Assembly: GCA_963752285.1 (NCBI GenBank)
Contig: CAVVXN010000001.1
Location: 101,990-165,989 of the forward strand
DNA length: 64,000 nt
Source of the DNA: an uncultured Planctomycetota bacterium
GTDB lineage: Bacteria > Planctomycetota > PLA2 > JAEUHO01
Direction: 5' to 3'
A program made the position numbers and the translations under genes. The notes beneath the pieces are model-generated. The model did no database searches. It had not been told where the DNA came from and saw only the letters and a list, made by a program, of their open reading frames with translations. The first letter of the stretch is position 1. The number at the start of each line of letters is the position of its first letter. This document shows, one piece after another, positions 60,691 to 64,000 of this stretch.

Positions 60691-63549
60691 ATGCAGTCGT
60701 CCGTTCGGGCTCGGGGAGCCCTCGTCCTCGCCTTCCTCCTCTCCGCGGGATCGCTCGCCGCGTGCGGCGGCGGCGGCACCGGCGGCGCGACGCCCTCGGT
60801 CACCACCCTCCCGTCCTCCGGGCCGACGACCACGCCGGCCACCCCGCCCACGACCGGGCCGGTCACGTCCCCCTCCGACCCGGTGCCCCCGGCGAGCGAG
60901 CCGCCCCCCGCGGACGCGCCGCCGGCGGCCGAGCCCCCGCCCCCGACGACGCCGATCGAGCCGCCCGAGAAGCCCGCCGCGCTCCCGGCGTGGACGGGCC
61001 TCCCGGACGTGCGCGGCGTCGCGATCGACCCGACCGACGGGTCCGCGTGGGCGGTCTCCGCCGCGGACGGGACCCTGTGGCGGCTTCGTCCGGGCGAGAT
61101 CCGGCCCGAGCCGCGCGGCACGCTCGCGACGGCGGGCGTCCGGGGTCTCACGGTGGACCCGATCGCGCACGTCCTCCTGGCCGTCGTGGACGGAGGCGGC
61201 ACGCTCGACGACCGGCTCGTCCAGATCGACCCGGACAGCCTCGCGACCACGCCGATCGGCACGATCGCGGGCCACGCGGGCGTCGAGGCGCTCGCGTACC
61301 ACCCGCTCGCGGGGATCCTCTTCGCCGTGGACACCGCCACGCACGTCCTCCTCTCGATCGACGCGGGGACGGCGGACGCGACGGTGGTCGGCTCGCTCGG
61401 GGCCTTCACCGACGTAGAGAGCCTCGCGCCGGACACCGGGAGCCTACGTCTCTTCGGCGTGGACCGCGCTCAGCGCGTCCTCGTCGGGATCGACTGCGCC
61501 ACGGCCACGGCGACGCGCCTCGCCGACGCCCCGGCGTCGGTGGACGGCCTCGGCTACGACCCTGGCGAGCGACGCTTCCTCGCCGCGTCGGCGTCCGACG
61601 GCTCCCTCTCCGTCTACGACCCCATCGGCGCGTGGATGGACACCGCCGACATCCGCGGCCTCGCGACCGACCCCGACGCCGGCACGCTCTTCGGCTCGTA
61701 CCCGCCGAACGGCCTGATCGTCCGCCTCGACCCGGCGACGGGATGGAAGCAGCCTGTCGGCTACGTCCCGGTGCCGCGTCTCGAGGGCCTCGCGTACGAC
61801 GCGGCGACCCGGACGCTCTACGCCGTGTCGAGCGCGACCGCGACCGTGTACGCCCTCTCGCCGGACGACGCCGCGGTGCGCGCGAGCGTGGCCGTGAACG
61901 GCGCCGGAACCGCCCTCACGGGGCTCGCCGGGCTCGCCTTCGGGAACGGCGTCCTCTACGCGAGCGACCGCGACCAGAACACGATCCTGAGGATCGAGCC
62001 CGCGACGGGCTACGCGAACGTCCTCGGCGCGCCGGTCGGCGCCGGCACGATCGAGGGCCTCGACTTCGACGCCGCCCAAAACCTCCTCCTCGGCTTCAGC
62101 AACGCCGCGCACGCGTTCGTCGAAATCGATCCGTCACGCGCCGACGAGGCGCGCGTCGTGAGCCAGGGCGCGTTCGCCCGCGTGGACGCCCTCGCCTGGT
62201 CCGCGACGGACGAGCGGCTCTACGGGACCGCGTCCGACCGGCACGAGCTGTTCGTCGTCTGGCAGAGCGAGGTCGCCCCGCTCGGTGTGGACGGTCTCGG
62301 CGCGCTCGTGTGGCAGAACGACACCAAGCGGCTCCTCGGGTTCGACGCGGCCAGCGCGACGATCGTGGAGATCGACCCCGACCTCGAGATCGCCCTTCCC
62401 GTCCGCGCGTGGCCGGGGGGCCGGCTCGACGCGATGACCTTCGATCCCGGTCGCGGCGTGGTGTTCGCGGTGGACGGCGGGACGGGCGACCTCTACGCCC
62501 TGGACGATGCGCTCCAAGCGACGCCCGTCGGCGCGCCGGGCGTCCTCGCCCAACAGGACGTGAGCGCGCTCGCGTTCGTCCCGGTGTCCGGACGCCTCTA
62601 CGCGGTCTCCGGCACGACCGGCCGTCTGCTCGTCGTGGACGCCGTGACCGGCGCGGCGACCGAGGTGAACGAGGCGGGCCCGGGCCTCGGCTTCTCATCG
62701 ATCCACGCGATGGTCTTCGACCCCGCGACGGGCATGCTGCTCGCCGTGGACCGCACGACGCAAAGCCTGCTCCAGGTGGACTGGACGACCGGAAGCGCGG
62801 TCACGCTCGCGACCGTCGAGCCGGCGCACGTCGGCGGCATGGCGATGCGCCCGGGCGCGCGGGCGATCTGGTTGTCCGACCAGGACCGTCTGGTCCGCGT
62901 GGACCGCTTCACCGGAGCGACCGTCCACGCGACGCCGCTTCCGCCCGCGGTCCGGGGCGGGACCGCCGGGGTCGCGCTCCGTCTCCTGTGGCCCCGCGGC
63001 GACGTGCGCGCGGCGGCGCTCGACACCCTCGGCGTGGAGGTCGGGCCCGCGGACCAGGACCAGGACCTCGTCATCAGCCGTCGCGGGCGCGAGCTCTACC
63101 GCCAGGCGCTCGACCCGACCGACGTCGTGACGGTCTGTCGCTTCCCGCCCACGGTGCGCCGCGCGCTCGCGGTCGGCGACGAGGTGACGTGGGGCGTCGG
63201 CTCGGCCAAGACGACGTTCCGCGTCGTCGCGGACGGCGGGACCTCCGCGGCCCTCGCGGCCGTCCTCTCGCACCCGACCGTCGCCACGCGTTCGGCGAAC
63301 GAGCGGGCCCTCGCCCGGGCCTGGCTCCTCGATCGCCGGGGGCTCTACACCGAGGCCCTCGACGTGGAGCTGAGGACGCTGGCCCGGCCTTCGAGCCGTT
63401 CTCCGTACCTGACCCTCGGTCTCCTCCGGACCCTCGGCCACCTCGGCCTGCTCGACACGCGGCTCGGCGCGACCGCGCTGGGCGAGGCCCGCGCCCAGAG
63501 CCCCGCCTGCCGGTTCGGCTCCGCGGTGCGCGCCTACGTCCGCGACTGA
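60691..63549 (+). CDS. Large lipoprotein with Pro/Thr-rich linker and many beta-propeller-blade-like repeats
   Basis: Track ORF of 952 aa with lipobox LLSAGSLAACGGGG. A PTT/PPA-rich linker follows. Then come repeated about 45-50 aa units such as VEALAYHPLAGILFAVDTATHVLLSIDAGTADATVVG and VSALAFVPVSGRLYAVSGTTGRLLVVDAVTGAATEV. Confidence 0.65.
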   Translation: MQSSVRARGALVLAFLLSAGSLAACGGGGTGGATPSVTTLPSSGPTTTPATPPTTGPVTSPSDPVPPASEPPPADAPPAAEPPPPTTPIEPPEKPAALPAWTGLPDVRGVAIDPTDGSAWAVSAADGTLWRLRPGEIRPEPRGTLATAGVRGLTVDPIAHVLLAVVDGGGTLDDRLVQIDPDSLATTPIGTIAGHAGVEALAYHPLAGILFAVDTATHVLLSIDAGTADATVVGSLGAFTDVESLAPDTGSLRLFGVDRAQRVLVGIDCATATATRLADAPASVDGLGYDPGERRFLAASASDGSLSVYDPIGAWMDTADIRGLATDPDAGTLFGSYPPNGLIVRLDPATGWKQPVGYVPVPRLEGLAYDAATRTLYAVSSATATVYALSPDDAAVRASVAVNGAGTALTGLAGLAFGNGVLYASDRDQNTILRIEPATGYANVLGAPVGAGTIEGLDFDAAQNLLLGFSNAAHAFVEIDPSRADEARVVSQGAFARVDALAWSATDERLYGTASDRHELFVVWQSEVAPLGVDGLGALVWQNDTKRLLGFDAASATIVEIDPDLEIALPVRAWPGGRLDAMTFDPGRGVVFAVDGGTGDLYALDDALQATPVGAPGVLAQQDVSALAFVPVSGRLYAVSGTTGRLLVVDAVTGAATEVNEAGPGLGFSSIHAMVFDPATGMLLAVDRTTQSLLQVDWTTGSAVTLATVEPAHVGGMAMRPGARAIWLSDQDRLVRVDRFTGATVHATPLPPAVRGGTAGVALRLLWPRGDVRAAALDTLGVEVGPADQDQDLVISRRGRELYRQALDPTDVVTVCRFPPTVRRALAVGDEVTWGVGSAKTTFRVVADGGTSAALAAVLSHPTVATRSANERALARAWLLDRRGLYTEALDVELRTLARPSSRSPYLTLGLLRTLGHLGLLDTRLGATALGEARAQSPACRFGSAVRAYVRD

Positions 63550-64000
63550 CCGCGCGCGCGGCCCGACACGAGGCCCCCCGTGCCGAGGACGAGGGAGGTC
63601 GTCCGGACGTCGTCGAACGCGGCGGCCGCGAGCGCCGCGTGGAGGTCCTCGGGCCAACGCGACGTACGGACCAGCGCTTCCAAGCGGCGGTCGAACGCGA
63701 CCCGCCACTCGGGGAACGCCCACGGTCCGACGCGCGCGACGACCCGCATCCACGCCGTCCAGAGCGCGCGCGGCAGGGGGCTCCCGGGCACCGTGAAGTC
63801 GTGGAACGCGACCACCGCGCCCGGGGCGAGGTGCGGGAGGAGGTTCGCCACGAGACGTCCTGCGTCCACGTACTTCGGGAGGTAGCTCGCGACGACCGCG
63901 TCGTACGGCCCGTCGAGCAGGACGTCCTCGGCGTTGCCCAGTCGGAGCGTGACGCGGTCGCCGAGCCGGGCGAACCGACGTCGGGCGACGGCGAGGTACT
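63534..64000 (-). CDS. Class I SAM-dependent methyltransferase, C-terminal part (5' end beyond the right edge)
   Basis: Track ORF 63534..63869(-) continues upstream without a stop to the window end: ...YLAVARRRFARLGDRVTLRLGNAEDVLLDGPYDAVVASYLPKYVDAGRLVANLLPHLAPGAVVAFHDF... Confidence 0.65.
   Translation of the reverse strand, partial: YLAVARRRFARLGDRVTLRLGNAEDVLLDGPYDAVVASYLPKYVDAGRLVANLLPHLAPGAVVAFHDFTVPGSPLPRALWTAWMRVVARVGPWAFPEWRVAFDRRLEALVRTSRWPEDLHAALAAAAFDDVRTTSLVLGTGGLVSGRARGQSRT

Overview
Very G+C-rich (by eye above 70%) bacterial chromosomal segment. It is densely coding, with about 50 protein genes, mostly on the + strand. Many genes are joined by 4-nt start/stop overlaps (ATGA/GTGA/TTGA at 9309, 10328, 15687, 23043, 23942, 31263, 40849-40852, 48781, 54914), which suggests operons with translational coupling. 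I found no rRNA, tRNA or CRISPR array by eye.

The gene content suggests a Planctomycetota-like or related high-GC organism; this is inference only. The supporting genes are a DUF1549/DUF1553 + DUF1501 + PPC cassette, a QW-repeat prenyltransferase-like secreted protein, HEAT/VWA proteins, an archaeal-type AspRS, and a RAYT with a DnaA-C-like HTH.

The six-frame track is dominated by very long Arg/Pro/Gly/Ala-rich antisense or out-of-frame ORFs, which are GC artefacts. I called genes from domain-like sequence, G/C-ending codon bias, SD-like motifs, signal peptides and start/stop coupling. All family assignments are motif recall, not searches.

Most noteworthy observations:
1. 13.5-18.8 kb: a RiPP-like / secreted-peptide locus. 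An unannotated 39-codon ORF with a KVKGG double-glycine motif sits upstream of a 2OG-oxygenase-like gene. Both are divergent from a PpiC-like gene coupled to an exporter that combines two cNMP-binding domains, an intact C39 peptidase and an ABC transporter.
2. 21.3-29.0 kb: a five-gene operon coupling a full-length Hsp70 to a membrane protein, a membrane J-like protein without an HPD motif, and two secreted proteins.
3. 8.4-13.3 kb: a translationally coupled ECF sigma / zf-HC2 anti-sigma / secreted TPR-CHAT protease operon.
4. 42.8-44.0 kb: a bacterial eRF1-like (baeRF) protein with GGQ changed to GGA.
5. 0.8-2.2 kb: a RAYT gene bracketed by inverted and tandem REP-like units.

Several probable gene lesions are also noted: a frameshift inside a Nudix box, an in-frame TGA in a small membrane ORF, and a possibly internally deleted EamA gene.
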